A stretch of DNA of 64,000 bases from Acidobacteriota bacterium (GTDB lineage: Bacteria; Acidobacteriota; UBA4820; DSQY01), in assembly GCA_037444825.1 (NCBI GenBank), contig JBBILR010000008.1, positions 17,450 to 81,449 on the forward strand. Reading direction: 5' to 3'. Positions 53,188-61,649 of this stretch are shown one piece after another (position 1 is the stretch's first letter; each line of letters begins with the position of its first letter). The notes under the pieces are model-generated. The model made no database searches, had not been told where the DNA came from, and was given only the letters and a program-made list of their open reading frames with translations. A program made the position numbers and the translations under genes.

Positions 53188-54867
53188 TCAGGGGAGGAAA
53201 TCCTGCGCCTCCTGCCCGTCGAGGAGACCTTCCCTGGCCTTCTGCAGGACGCGGTGTCCGAGGGGCACGCCGCCCTGCTCCAGGACGGCGCGGTGAAGGT
53301 CGGAGAGCTCCCGCTCGTCGGAGAGCCGGGCCAGGGCCGGAGGCCCCATGGGGAGCCACTCCAGGACCTCCTCCGTCGGGAGGGACTCCCACCCCAGGCA
53401 CTCTTCGCAGCCCTGCCGCGTCTCCAGCGGGTAGGTTCTCCCCGACCGGCCGGCCACCTCGATGGGGAGGCGGCAGCGGGGGCAGAGGGCCGGAAGGGAG
53501 ACCACCGTGAGGATGCCTTTGAGGACGCCGGCCTTGAGGGGCGAGCGGAACTGGTTCCTCAGGAGCCATCGGAGGGCCGAGGCGGCGTCGGGCTGGTGGA
53601 GGACCGCCACCACGCGGGTGTGGGCCGCCGCCAGCAGGATCATCTCCATGGTGGTCCGCTCCTTGACGGGGAAGCAGGCGAAGAGGCCGGGCTCCTGGCG
53701 GAGGGCCACGGTGACCAGCTCCGGCCAGGTGGCCCCCTCCTGGCGGGAGACCTCCATCTGGGCCACCCCCTCGAGGCCCAGAAGGGCGTACTCCTCCAGG
53801 GACACGACGGGGGCGAACCGGTCCTTGAGGGCGCTGAGGAGGGCGTAGTAGAGGTGGCTCATCCCCGGCCCGGCGGCGCCGCAGAGGAGGACCAGGCCGC
53901 TCGGCCCTTCGAAGGCTCCCATGAGGGAGCGGTTCTCCGTGGGTTCCAGCTGGGCGCCCACGCGCTCCCAGTCCCGCGGAAAGAGGCGCTCGTCGTACAG
54001 GGTGAGGGTGAAGCGCGTCCCCTGGAGGGTGGACATCCCCTTGACGGCCAGCGTGAGGAACCGCCCCTCCACCTGCAGGCGGACCCGGCCTTCCAGCCGG
54101 GAGGCCCCCGGCCCCCCGCGGATCCCCGAAAGCTCGCGGATGAGGGCCTCCATCTCCTCCCGTTTTCGGGGGTCGAGGGAGAATCGGTCCTCCGTCCGCC
54201 CCCGCCGCCCCAGTGCAACCTTGATGCCCGTCTCCCCCGGTTTGACGACCACCGTCCGGCACCCCGTGCGGATGGCTTCGGTGAGGATGGTGCGTAGCCA
54301 GTCCGTGGCGGAGGAGTCCCGCTTCAGGGTGGACCAGTGGAGGGGGCGGATGTGGTTCCGCGGGTCCGAGAGGACGAAGAGGTGGTCTCCCGAGGGGTTT
54401 CGGACGACCCCCGGGTCCTTGGCCAGCCCGTAGAAGTGCTCCAGGGCCCGGACCACCGTCTCCCGGGGGCAGACCAGCGGGTCGATGGAGAGGGCCGTCA
54501 GCTCCTCCAGCGCGGGGATGAGGCTGGGGTTGTCCAGGTCGGCGATGGCCACCGTGAGGACCTTGCCCTTCCGCTCCACGGGAACCACCTGGTAGAACTG
54601 GGCGATGTTGGGGGGGATGAGGTCGGTGACCGACGGGTCGGTGATCCACTGGACGAGGTCGTAGGGGATGAGCCCCATGGATTCGCGCAGGAACTGGCTG
54701 AGCCGCTGGACGTCCACGTAGCCCAGCCGGATGAGGTGGTACCCCAGCCGCCCCCCCTGCTTCCGCTGGTCCTGAAGCGCCCGGGCGAGCTGCTCCGGCG
54801 TGACCAGCCCCTCCCGAAGGAGCAGTTCTCCGATGACCGGGCGGTCCCCCGCTTCCCCCGTGCCCAC
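53188..54867 (-). CDS. MshEN-domain protein fused to a type II secretion/type IV pilus ATPase-like (GspE/PilB-fold) domain with a degenerate Walker A. This is a predicted c-di-GMP-binding pseudo-ATPase.
   Basis: The N-terminal MshEN motifs are IGELLLREGLVTPEQLARALQDQ and RLGYHLIRLGYVDVQRLSQFL. The C-terminal domain has LLCGAAGPGMSHLY where GPTGSGKT is expected. The tetra-Cys-like segment is CPRCRL...CEEC. The start is reassigned to GTG 54867 (GGAGGG 5 nt upstream). The 851-aa track ORF has no upstream start and overlaps the neighbouring gene. Confidence 0.65.
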   Translation of the reverse strand: MGTGEAGDRPVIGELLLREGLVTPEQLARALQDQRKQGGRLGYHLIRLGYVDVQRLSQFLRESMGLIPYDLVQWITDPSVTDLIPPNIAQFYQVVPVERKGKVLTVAIADLDNPSLIPALEELTALSIDPLVCPRETVVRALEHFYGLAKDPGVVRNPSGDHLFVLSDPRNHIRPLHWSTLKRDSSATDWLRTILTEAIRTGCRTVVVKPGETGIKVALGRRGRTEDRFSLDPRKREEMEALIRELSGIRGGPGASRLEGRVRLQVEGRFLTLAVKGMSTLQGTRFTLTLYDERLFPRDWERVGAQLEPTENRSLMGAFEGPSGLVLLCGAAGPGMSHLYYALLSALKDRFAPVVSLEEYALLGLEGVAQMEVSRQEGATWPELVTVALRQEPGLFACFPVKERTTMEMILLAAAHTRVVAVLHQPDAASALRWLLRNQFRSPLKAGVLKGILTVVSLPALCPRCRLPIEVAGRSGRTYPLETRQGCEECLGWESLPTEEVLEWLPMGPPALARLSDERELSDLHRAVLEQGGVPLGHRVLQKAREGLLDGQEAQDFLP

Positions 54868-54884
54868 GCGGCCCTCCTGAGGCG

Positions 54885-55319
54885 TCAGTGGCGGAACTTC
54901 ACTTTCGTCCACCGGTCGGGGTCGGAGGCCCACGGCCGTTCGGGCCCCCCGTCCAGCCGCACGGTCCCCTCGCCCCGGAAGTGGGCTTTGCCCTTGCCCA
55001 CTACCGTCATGCGGAGGTTCCAGCCCCGCATCTCCAGGTGGGCCCCGGGGCCGATGCAGTCCACCGATCCCTCGAAGTGGCGGTACTCGGCGCCGTCCAT
55101 GAGGTCGAACTTCTCCCCCCAGGTGCCCCGGATGTCCATCTGGAGGTTGGAGGCGTTCTTCACCAGAAGGGTCCCCTTGCCCTCCAGGTGGACCTTGCCC
55201 TCCCCCCAGAACTTCATCCAGCCGTGGTCTCCCCGCGCCTCCAGCCGGTGGGGGGCGCCGGCCGCCACGGCCAGGAGGGCGAGGAGGAGGGACAGGCCCA
55301 CCGCCAGACGGCGCCTCAC
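54885..55319 (-). CDS. Small secreted beta-repeat protein (signal peptide plus repeated G-x-G/V-rich beta strands). Its function is unknown.
   Basis: The GTG start has a GGGAGGG RBS. The signal peptide is RRRLAVGLSLLLALLAVAAGAP. The repeats are HLEGKGTLLVKN / HLEMRGWNLRMTVVGKGKAHFRGEGTVRLDG. The start overlaps the upstream stop. Confidence 0.45.
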   Translation of the reverse strand: MRRRLAVGLSLLLALLAVAAGAPHRLEARGDHGWMKFWGEGKVHLEGKGTLLVKNASNLQMDIRGTWGEKFDLMDGAEYRHFEGSVDCIGPGAHLEMRGWNLRMTVVGKGKAHFRGEGTVRLDGGPERPWASDPDRWTKVKFRH

Positions 55320-55720
55320 GGCCGCCCTCCCAGGGCCAGGAGGACCTTCTTGATGCAGAGGTCCTGCACCACGAGGAGGCCCGCCGCCTCCGCCCGGGCC
55401 GCCGCCTCGTCGTTGCGGATCCCCTCCTGGAGCCAGAGGGCCCGGGCGCCGACGGCGACGGCCTCCTCGGCCACGGGGGGCACCGCCTCGGGCCGGCGGA
55501 AGACGTCCACGATGTCCACGGGCTTCCCGTAGGCCGCCAGGCTGGGGTAGCACCGCTCGCCGAGGACCTCCTGGAGCACGGGGTTGATGGGGATGATCCG
55601 GTACCCCCACCGCTGCAGGTGCGCGGCCACGTCGTGGCTCGGACGGTCCTCCTTGTCGGAGATTCCCACCACCGCGATCTCCTTCGCCTCCCGGAGGAGG
55701 GAAACGATCCGTTCGTCCAT
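55316..55720 (-). CDS. CoA-binding domain protein (YccU/COG1832-like)
   Basis: The product reads IAVVGISDKEDRPSHDVAAHLQRWGYRIIPINP...GKPVDIVDVFRRPE. AGGAGG lies 5 nt upstream of the ATG. Confidence 0.7.
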   Translation of the reverse strand: MDERIVSLLREAKEIAVVGISDKEDRPSHDVAAHLQRWGYRIIPINPVLQEVLGERCYPSLAAYGKPVDIVDVFRRPEAVPPVAEEAVAVGARALWLQEGIRNDEAAARAEAAGLLVVQDLCIKKVLLALGGRP

Positions 55721-55741
55721 TCGGGCCTCCTGTTCCTTGCC

Positions 55742-55770
55742 ATTATAAACGACGCGGGACGACGGGCAAG
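55742..55770 (-). promoter_or_regulatory. Sigma-70-like promoter (CTTGCC-N17-TATAAT) for the operon of the CoA-binding, beta-repeat and MshEN-ATPase-like genes
   Basis: The minus strand reads CTTGCC cgtcgtcccgcgtcgtt TATAAT, about 20 nt upstream of the RBS. A perfect -10 hexamer is rare in this GC background. Confidence 0.4.
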
Positions 55771-55860
55771 GGCAAAGGAGCGGGGCGGGGGCCCGCCGAA
55801 AGGCCACTCCCCCGGCTTTCTGAATCGATCCGCCGGCCGGCCTCACCGGCCCGCCGCGCC

Positions 55861-57180
55861 TCAAGGCGCCGAGGACCCCGCCCCGGGGAGCCGGACGGTG
55901 AAGGTGGTGCCTTCGCCCACCGTGCTCTCCACCGAGACCTCGCCGCCCAGCCGCTGGACGGCGTGCTTGACGATGGCCAGGCCCAGGCCCGTCCCCCCTT
56001 TTTCCCGGGAGCGGTGGGCGTCCACCCGGTAGAAGCGCTCGAAGATCCGGGGGAGGTGGCGCGCGGGGATCCCCTCCCCGGTGTCGGAAACGGCGATTTC
56101 CACCCGGTCCCCCTGGGTCTTGGCGCGGAGAAGGACCTCCCCCCCCGGCCGGTTGTAGCGCACGGCGTTGTCCATGAGGTTCTTGAGGACCGATTCCAGG
56201 AGCAGGGGGTCGGCGCGCAGGGTGAGGCCGGGGGGAACCTCCGCCCGGAGGCGGACGTTCGCCGCCTCCGCGGGTTTCTCCAGGGCGGCGGTGAGGTCGG
56301 CGGCCAGGGCGGCGAGGTCCACCGGCTCCGGCCGAACCGGCGTGCCGTCCCCCTCGAGGCGGGAGAGGGTCAGGAGGTCTTCCAGGAGGGCCTGCATCCG
56401 GGAAGCTTGGGCCTTCAGCCGGCCGAGGAAATGGCTCCGCCGCTCCCCGGGGAGGGCGGGGTCCTCCAGGGCATCGGCCAGGGACAGGAGGGCGGTGAGG
56501 GGGGTCCGCAGTTCGTGGGAGACGTTGGCCACCAGGTCGGCCTTCACCCGCTCCAGGGTCCGCTCGGGGGTGAGGTCCCGGAGGTGGACCACGGCCTCCC
56601 CGCGCTCCAGCGGGCTGACGCGGGCCTCGAAGACCCGCTCCGCCCCCCCCTCCCGTTCGCGGAGCTCGCAGGTGAGGACGGCCCGCTGGTCGAGGGCCTC
56701 CTGGACCTTGGCGGCGAGGCCCGGAAGGCCCAGCCCGGAAAGGCCCGACTCCGGACGGAAGCGGGGGAAAAGGAGGCGGCAGGCGGGGTTGGCCTTGAGG
56801 ACGGCGCCGTCGGAGCCGAGGAGGAGGATGGCCCGGTCGCTGGCGTCCAGCACCGCCTCCAACCGCTGGCCCCGCTCCTCGGCTTCCTCAAGGGTGCGGA
56901 CGAAGGAGTGGGCCATGCGGTTGAAGGCCGCGTTCGCGGCGCGGTCGTCCCCCTCCGTCACGTCGTCCAGCCGGGCGGCGAAGTCCCCCCGGGAGAGCCG
57001 GCGGGCGGCGGCCTCCACTTCCTGGAGGGGGCTCTTGGCCCAGCGGGCGGCCAGGGCGGCGGCCAGCAGGAGGACGAGGAGCCGGAACAGCGCGGCGGGC
57101 GGGCCGGTAAGGCCCCCTCCCCAGAGGGCCAGCGCCCCCGCAAGGAGGGAGAGGCACAGGAAGCGGGGGAAGAAGCTCAT
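55861..57180 (-). CDS. Sensor histidine kinase (PhoR/EnvZ-like: 2 TM, HAMP-like, HisKA, HATPase_c)
   Basis: The H-box is VSHELRTPLTAL. The N box is NLMDNAVRY. The G boxes are DTGEGI and GGTGLGLAIV. The ATG overlaps the response regulator stop in an ATGA arrangement. Confidence 0.85.
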   Translation of the reverse strand: MSFFPRFLCLSLLAGALALWGGGLTGPPAALFRLLVLLLAAALAARWAKSPLQEVEAAARRLSRGDFAARLDDVTEGDDRAANAAFNRMAHSFVRTLEEAEERGQRLEAVLDASDRAILLLGSDGAVLKANPACRLLFPRFRPESGLSGLGLPGLAAKVQEALDQRAVLTCELREREGGAERVFEARVSPLERGEAVVHLRDLTPERTLERVKADLVANVSHELRTPLTALLSLADALEDPALPGERRSHFLGRLKAQASRMQALLEDLLTLSRLEGDGTPVRPEPVDLAALAADLTAALEKPAEAANVRLRAEVPPGLTLRADPLLLESVLKNLMDNAVRYNRPGGEVLLRAKTQGDRVEIAVSDTGEGIPARHLPRIFERFYRVDAHRSREKGGTGLGLAIVKHAVQRLGGEVSVESTVGEGTTFTVRLPGAGSSAP

Positions 57181-57863
57181 TCTCCCGCCTTGAGCCGGTA
57201 GCCCACCCCCCGGACGGTCTCCACCCACCGGGAGGCCTCGCCCATCTTTTCCCGGAGGCGGGCGATGTGGACGTCCACGGCGCGGTCCTCCACCGCCTTG
57301 TCGCCCGGCCAGAGGGTGGCGAGGATCTGCCCCCGGGTGTAGACCCGGTCGGGGTGGCGGCAGAGGAGTTCCAGGATCTTGAACTCGGTGGGGGTGAGGT
57401 CAAAGGCCCGGTCCCCCGTTCCGGCCCGGTAGGTGAGGGGGTCGAGCCACAGGGGGCCCACCCTCCGGAGCCCCTCCGGGGGCTCGTCCGCACGGACCCT
57501 GCGGAGCAGGGCCTGGATGCGGGCCAGCAGTTCCCGGGTGCGGAAGGGCTTCACCACGTAGTCGTCGGCCCCGGCGTTGAGGCCCGTGACGGCGTCCATC
57601 TCCGTCCCCCGGGCCGTGAGCATGAGGAGGGCCGTCCGGGCGAAGCGCCGGTCGCCCCGGAGGATCCGGCAGAGGTCCAGGCCGCTCATCCCCGGAAGCA
57701 TCCAGTCGACGATGCAGAGGTCCGGCACCTGGTCCCGGAAGGCCAGGAGCGCCTCGGCCCCGTCGGCGAAGGCCGACGCCGCGTACCCCTCCCGCTCCAG
57801 GGCGTACCGGAGCGTCTCCCGGATGTCCCCGTCGTCCTCCACCACCGCCACCCGAAAGGCCAT
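57177..57863 (-). CDS. OmpR/PhoB-family response regulator
   Basis: The REC domain reads [12 protein letters not shown]...[14 protein letters not shown]. The winged-helix C-terminus reads VGYRLK. Confidence 0.9.
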   Translation of the reverse strand: MAFRVAVVEDDGDIRETLRYALEREGYAASAFADGAEALLAFRDQVPDLCIVDWMLPGMSGLDLCRILRGDRRFARTALLMLTARGTEMDAVTGLNAGADDYVVKPFRTRELLARIQALLRRVRADEPPEGLRRVGPLWLDPLTYRAGTGDRAFDLTPTEFKILELLCRHPDRVYTRGQILATLWPGDKAVEDRAVDVHIARLREKMGEASRWVETVRGVGYRLKAGE

Positions 57864-57933
57864 GGCCGCCTCCGCCTGCGTCTTCGTCCCGCGGCCCATT
57901 GTCGTCGAAACGCGGCGCAAGTGGAAGGAGCCC

Positions 57934-57963
57934 TTGCATTTACGGAGGGGACCGGTGTACAAT
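57934..57963 (+). promoter_or_regulatory. acpP promoter (TTGCAT-N18-TACAAT)
   Basis: The sequence is cccTTGCATttacggaggggaccggtgTACAATcccc. It lies 29 nt upstream of the acpP ATG, in a divergent intergenic region shared with the two-component operon. Confidence 0.45.
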
Positions 57964-57991
57964 CCCCTCTTGTCGACGGAGGAGACGGCCC

Positions 57992-58231
57992 ATGAACATC
58001 GAACAGAAGGTGATCAGCATCATCGCCGACCAGCTCAGCGTGGAAGAGTCGGAAGTGAAGCCCGAGGCCCACTTCATCAACGACCTCGGAGCCGATTCGC
58101 TGGATACCGTCGAATTGATCATGGCCTTCGAAGAGGAATTCGGCATCGAGATCTCCGACGAGGACGCCGAGAAGATCCAGACCGTCCAGGCCGCCATCGA
58201 CTACATCAAGGCCCACACCGAGAAAAAGTAG
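57992..58231 (+). CDS. acpP: Acyl carrier protein
   Basis: The product reads [19 protein letters not shown]...[23 protein letters not shown] and is 79 aa. The Ser for phosphopantetheine lies in DSL. Confidence 0.95.
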   Translation: MNIEQKVISIIADQLSVEESEVKPEAHFINDLGADSLDTVELIMAFEEEFGIEISDEDAEKIQTVQAAIDYIKAHTEKK

Positions 58232-59485
58232 GTGGGGATCCCCGTGAAGCGTCGCGTCGTGGTGACCGGCATGGGGGTGGTCTCTCCCCTGGCCCTCACC
58301 GCCGAAGAGACCTGGGGCCGCATCCTGAGGGGGGAGAGCGGCGCCGGCCCCATCACCCACTTCGACACCGAAGGCTGGCCCGTCCGCATCGCCTGCGAGG
58401 TGAAGGGCTTCGACCCCCTCAACTACATGGACAAGAAGGAGGCCCGGCGGACCGACCGCTTCATCCAGTTGGCGCTGGCGGCGGCGCGGGAGGCCGTGGC
58501 CTCCAGCGGCCTTCGCATCACCCCCGAGAACGCCGAACGGGTGGGCGTCTCCGTGGGCAGCGGCATCGGCGGCATCGCCACCATCGAGGAACAGCACAAG
58601 ATCCTGCTGGAGAGGGGCCACTCCCGAATCAGCCCCTTCTTCATCCCCGGGATCATCATCAACATGCTCAGCGGCCAGATCTCCATCGAGTACGGCGCCA
58701 AGGGCCCCAACCTCTCCACGGTGACGGCCTGCTCCACCTCCTCCCACGCCCTGGGGGAGGCCATGCGGTACGTCCAGTCGGGGGAGGCGGACGTCATGAT
58801 CGCCGGGGGGTCGGAGGCGGCGGTGACGGCCCTCTCGGTGGCGGGCTTCGCCTCCATGCGGGCCCTCTCCACCCGGAACGACGAGCCGCAAAAGGCCTCC
58901 CGCCCCTTCGACGCCCGGCGGGACGGCTTCGTCATGGGGGAGGGCGGCGCCATCCTCATCCTCGAGGAGCTGGACCACGCCCGCCGCCGGGGCGCCCCCA
59001 TCCTGTGCGAGCTCACCGGCTACGGCCTCAGCGGCGACGCCTACCACATCAGCGCCCCCTCGGAGGACGGCGACGGCCCGGCCCGCGTCATGGCCAACGC
59101 GCTCAAGGACGCGGGACTCATGCCGGAGCAGATCGATTACATCAACGCCCACGGAACCTCCACCCCCCTGGGGGACCGCGTGGAGGTCCTGGCCATCCGA
59201 CGGGTCTTCAAGGACCACGCCCAGCGCCTGGCCGTCTCCAGCACCAAGAGCATGACGGGCCACCTGCTGGGGGCCGCCGGGGCCCTGGAATCGGCCCTGA
59301 CCATCCTGGCCATCCGGGACCAGGTGGCGCCCCCCACCATCAACCAGGAAGAGCCCGACCCCGAGTGCGCCCTGGACACCGTGCCCAACGTCGCCCGGCC
59401 CATGGCCATCCGCCACGCCCTCTCCAACTCCTTCGGCTTCGGCGGGACCAACGCCAGCCTGGTCTTCAGCCGCTTCGAGGAGTGA
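58232..59485 (+). CDS. fabF: 3-oxoacyl-[ACP] synthase II
   Basis: The product reads KRRVVVTGMGVVSPL...TVTACSTSSHAL (the active Cys)...HGTSTPLGD...GHLLGAAG. The GTG start is at 58232 or 58244. Confidence 0.9.
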   Translation: MGIPVKRRVVVTGMGVVSPLALTAEETWGRILRGESGAGPITHFDTEGWPVRIACEVKGFDPLNYMDKKEARRTDRFIQLALAAAREAVASSGLRITPENAERVGVSVGSGIGGIATIEEQHKILLERGHSRISPFFIPGIIINMLSGQISIEYGAKGPNLSTVTACSTSSHALGEAMRYVQSGEADVMIAGGSEAAVTALSVAGFASMRALSTRNDEPQKASRPFDARRDGFVMGEGGAILILEELDHARRRGAPILCELTGYGLSGDAYHISAPSEDGDGPARVMANALKDAGLMPEQIDYINAHGTSTPLGDRVEVLAIRRVFKDHAQRLAVSSTKSMTGHLLGAAGALESALTILAIRDQVAPPTINQEEPDPECALDTVPNVARPMAIRHALSNSFGFGGTNASLVFSRFEE

Positions 59486-59563
59486 AGGGGGCAGGGGGCG
59501 AACCGGGTTTCGGATAAGGGGACCGTCACTTGAAACGGAGGAAGGGAAGGTATATCTTGTTCG

Positions 59564-59579
59564 TTGCATGGGGGTGCAA
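59564..59579. promoter_or_regulatory. Inverted repeat TTGCA-N6-TGCAA downstream of a TTGAAA/TATATC promoter-like region upstream of etfB. This is a candidate repressor operator.
   Basis: The sequence is ttgaaacggaggaagggaaggTATATCttgttcgTTGCAtgggggTGCAAgcgag. It is AT-rich with dyad symmetry in the 140-nt intergenic region. Confidence 0.35.
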
Positions 59580-59626
59580 GCGAGTAATCACTAACCTTTC
59601 CCCAACCCGCTCCTGAGGAGGTGCCG

Positions 59627-60412
59627 ATGAACCTACTGGTCCTGGTGAAACACGTTCCCGACACCGAGACCCGGGTGAAGGTGAAGCCCGACGGCCTCGG
59701 CCTGGACCTCGCCGACGCGAACTGGGTCATGAACCCCTACGACGAGTTCGCGGTGGAGGAGGCGCTCCAGCTCAAGGAGAAGCTCGGCGGCGAAGTGACG
59801 GTCCTCACCGCCGGGAGCAAGGAGTCGGAGAAGACGCTGAGGACGGCCCTCGCCATGGGCGCCGACAAGGCGATCCTCTGCGACGACCCCGCCTTCGAGG
59901 GAGGGGACGCCCTGACCACCGCCCGGGTGCTGGCCGCCGCCGCCCGGAAGGTCCCCTTCGACCTGATCTTGGCCGGAAAACACGGGGTGGGCGACGACAA
60001 CCAGCAGGTGGGCTCCCTGGTGGCCGAACTGCTGGGGATCCCCGCGGTGACGGTGGTGACGGGGCTCGAGGTCAACGGCGCCGAACTCACCCTCAAGCGG
60101 GAGATCGAGGGCGGGACCGAGGTGGTGGCCGTGAAGACCCCCGCCGTGGTGACCTGCCAGAAGGGCCTCAACGAGCCGAGGTACCCCTCCCTCAAGGGAA
60201 TCATGGCCGCGAAAAAGAAGGAGGTGGCCGCCTGGAAGGCCGCCGACCTGGGGCTGGACCCCTCCACCGTGGGGGCCGCCGGCGCCGCCTTCGAACTGAA
60301 AAAGTTCGAGCTTCCTCCACCCCGTCCCGCGGGGAAGATCCTCGCGGGCGAACTGCCGGACCAGGTGAGGGAGCTCGTCAAGCTCCTTCGGGAAGAGGCC
60401 AAGGCCATCTGA
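59627..60412 (+). CDS. etfB: Electron transfer flavoprotein beta subunit
   Basis: The product reads MNLLVLVKHVPDTETRVKV...VLTAGSKESEKTLRTALAMGAD. GGAGG lies 5 nt upstream of the ATG. Confidence 0.9.
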   Translation: MNLLVLVKHVPDTETRVKVKPDGLGLDLADANWVMNPYDEFAVEEALQLKEKLGGEVTVLTAGSKESEKTLRTALAMGADKAILCDDPAFEGGDALTTARVLAAAARKVPFDLILAGKHGVGDDNQQVGSLVAELLGIPAVTVVTGLEVNGAELTLKREIEGGTEVVAVKTPAVVTCQKGLNEPRYPSLKGIMAAKKKEVAAWKAADLGLDPSTVGAAGAAFELKKFELPPPRPAGKILAGELPDQVRELVKLLREEAKAI

Positions 60413-60428
60413 CGAGGGGAGGTTAGCC

Positions 60429-61409
60429 ATGAAGGTACTGGTGTTTGTGGAGCAGCGCGGCGGCAAGGTCAAGAAGGCCTCCCTGGAAGCCCTCTCCGCC
60501 GGCCGAAGGATCGCCGACGGCACGTCGGGATCCTTGGCGGCGGTCCTCTTGGGTCAGGGCGTCGGCGCCCTGGCCTCGGAGGCGGCCCGCTACGGCGCCG
60601 ACGCGGTGTACGTGGGCGACGACGCCCTCTTCGCCGCCTACAGCGCCGACGCCTACGGTCTGGCGGCGGGAAAGGCCGCCCAGGTCTTCGGGGCCGACGC
60701 CCTGCTCTTCGCGGGGACGGCCATGGGGAAGGACCTGGCCCCCCGGGTCACCGCCCGGCTCGGCGTCGGCCTCCTCTCCGACGTGACGGCCTTCACCCTC
60801 GACGGGGGGACTCCGGTCTTCACCCGGCCCATCTACGCCGGCAAGGCCTTCGCCACCCTGGTTCCCAAGGCGGGCAAACCCTTCGGCGTCACGCTGCGCC
60901 CCAACGTCTTCCCGGTGGAGGAGAAGGCGGGGGCGGGCCAGGTGGTCTCCCTGGACCACGGCGTCACCCCCGGCGACCTCAAGGCCGTGGTCCAGGAGAT
61001 CCTCACCGCCCAGGGAGGGCTCCTGGACGTGGCGGAGGCCAACATCATCGTCTCCGGCGGCCGCGGCATGAAGGGGCCGGAGAACTTCAAGATCCTCGAG
61101 GAGCTGGCCCAGGCGCTGGGAGGCGCCGTGGGAGCCTCCCGCGCGGCGGTGGACTCCGGCTGGATCGACCACTCCCACCAGGTGGGCCAGACGGGCAAGG
61201 TGGTGAGCCCCACCCTGTACATCGCCTGCGGCATCTCCGGGGCCATCCAGCACCTGGCGGGGATGTCCTCCTCCAAGGTCATCGTGGCCATCAACAAGGA
61301 CCCCGAAGCCCCCATCTTCAAGGTGGCCACCTACGGCATCGTGGGCGACCTCTTCGAGGTGGTGCCCCTCCTCACCCAGGCCGTCCGGGAGCTCAAGGCG
61401 GCCGGCTGA
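60429..61409 (+). CDS. etfA: Electron transfer flavoprotein alpha subunit
   Basis: The product reads MKVLVFVEQ... with an FAD-binding C-terminus (SGAIQHLAGM...VAINKDPEAPIF). Confidence 0.9.
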   Translation: MKVLVFVEQRGGKVKKASLEALSAGRRIADGTSGSLAAVLLGQGVGALASEAARYGADAVYVGDDALFAAYSADAYGLAAGKAAQVFGADALLFAGTAMGKDLAPRVTARLGVGLLSDVTAFTLDGGTPVFTRPIYAGKAFATLVPKAGKPFGVTLRPNVFPVEEKAGAGQVVSLDHGVTPGDLKAVVQEILTAQGGLLDVAEANIIVSGGRGMKGPENFKILEELAQALGGAVGASRAAVDSGWIDHSHQVGQTGKVVSPTLYIACGISGAIQHLAGMSSSKVIVAINKDPEAPIFKVATYGIVGDLFEVVPLLTQAVRELKAAG

Positions 61410-61428
61410 GCTTGGTCCTCCGGGGATT

Positions 61429-61462
61429 CCCAGGGGGAGCCGTCGCCCGGCGGCTCCCCCTG
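61429..61462 (+). terminator. Strong GC hairpin terminator after etfA
   Basis: The stem ccagggggagccg / cggctccccctgg is a 13-bp perfect stem with an 8-nt loop. It lies 20 nt after the etfA stop. Confidence 0.55.
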
Positions 61463-61649
61463 GGTTGTCCGGGCCCTCCCTCCTCCGCGCCTGGGGGGCC
61501 CGCCGATGGGCCCCGGCCTCCTGAAATGTGCGCTGGATCACACCCGTCCCTTTCCGGGGCGGGGGGGCTTGCTTTTTCTTCAATTAGGATTAAGCTTCCC
61601 CCACAGCTCTCTGCAGTTGGTGTAGAGCGCTTCCCCCAAGGAGGGAACC

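Noticed and set aside
53188-55743. An 851-aa version of the MshEN-ATPase-like gene
   Set aside because: Its N-terminal ~290 aa are Gly/Arg/Pro junk with no start codon context. They overlap the well-formed small secreted gene and the CoA-binding gene. A GTG with a GGAGGG RBS at 54867 gives a coherent 559-aa protein beginning just before the first MshEN motif.
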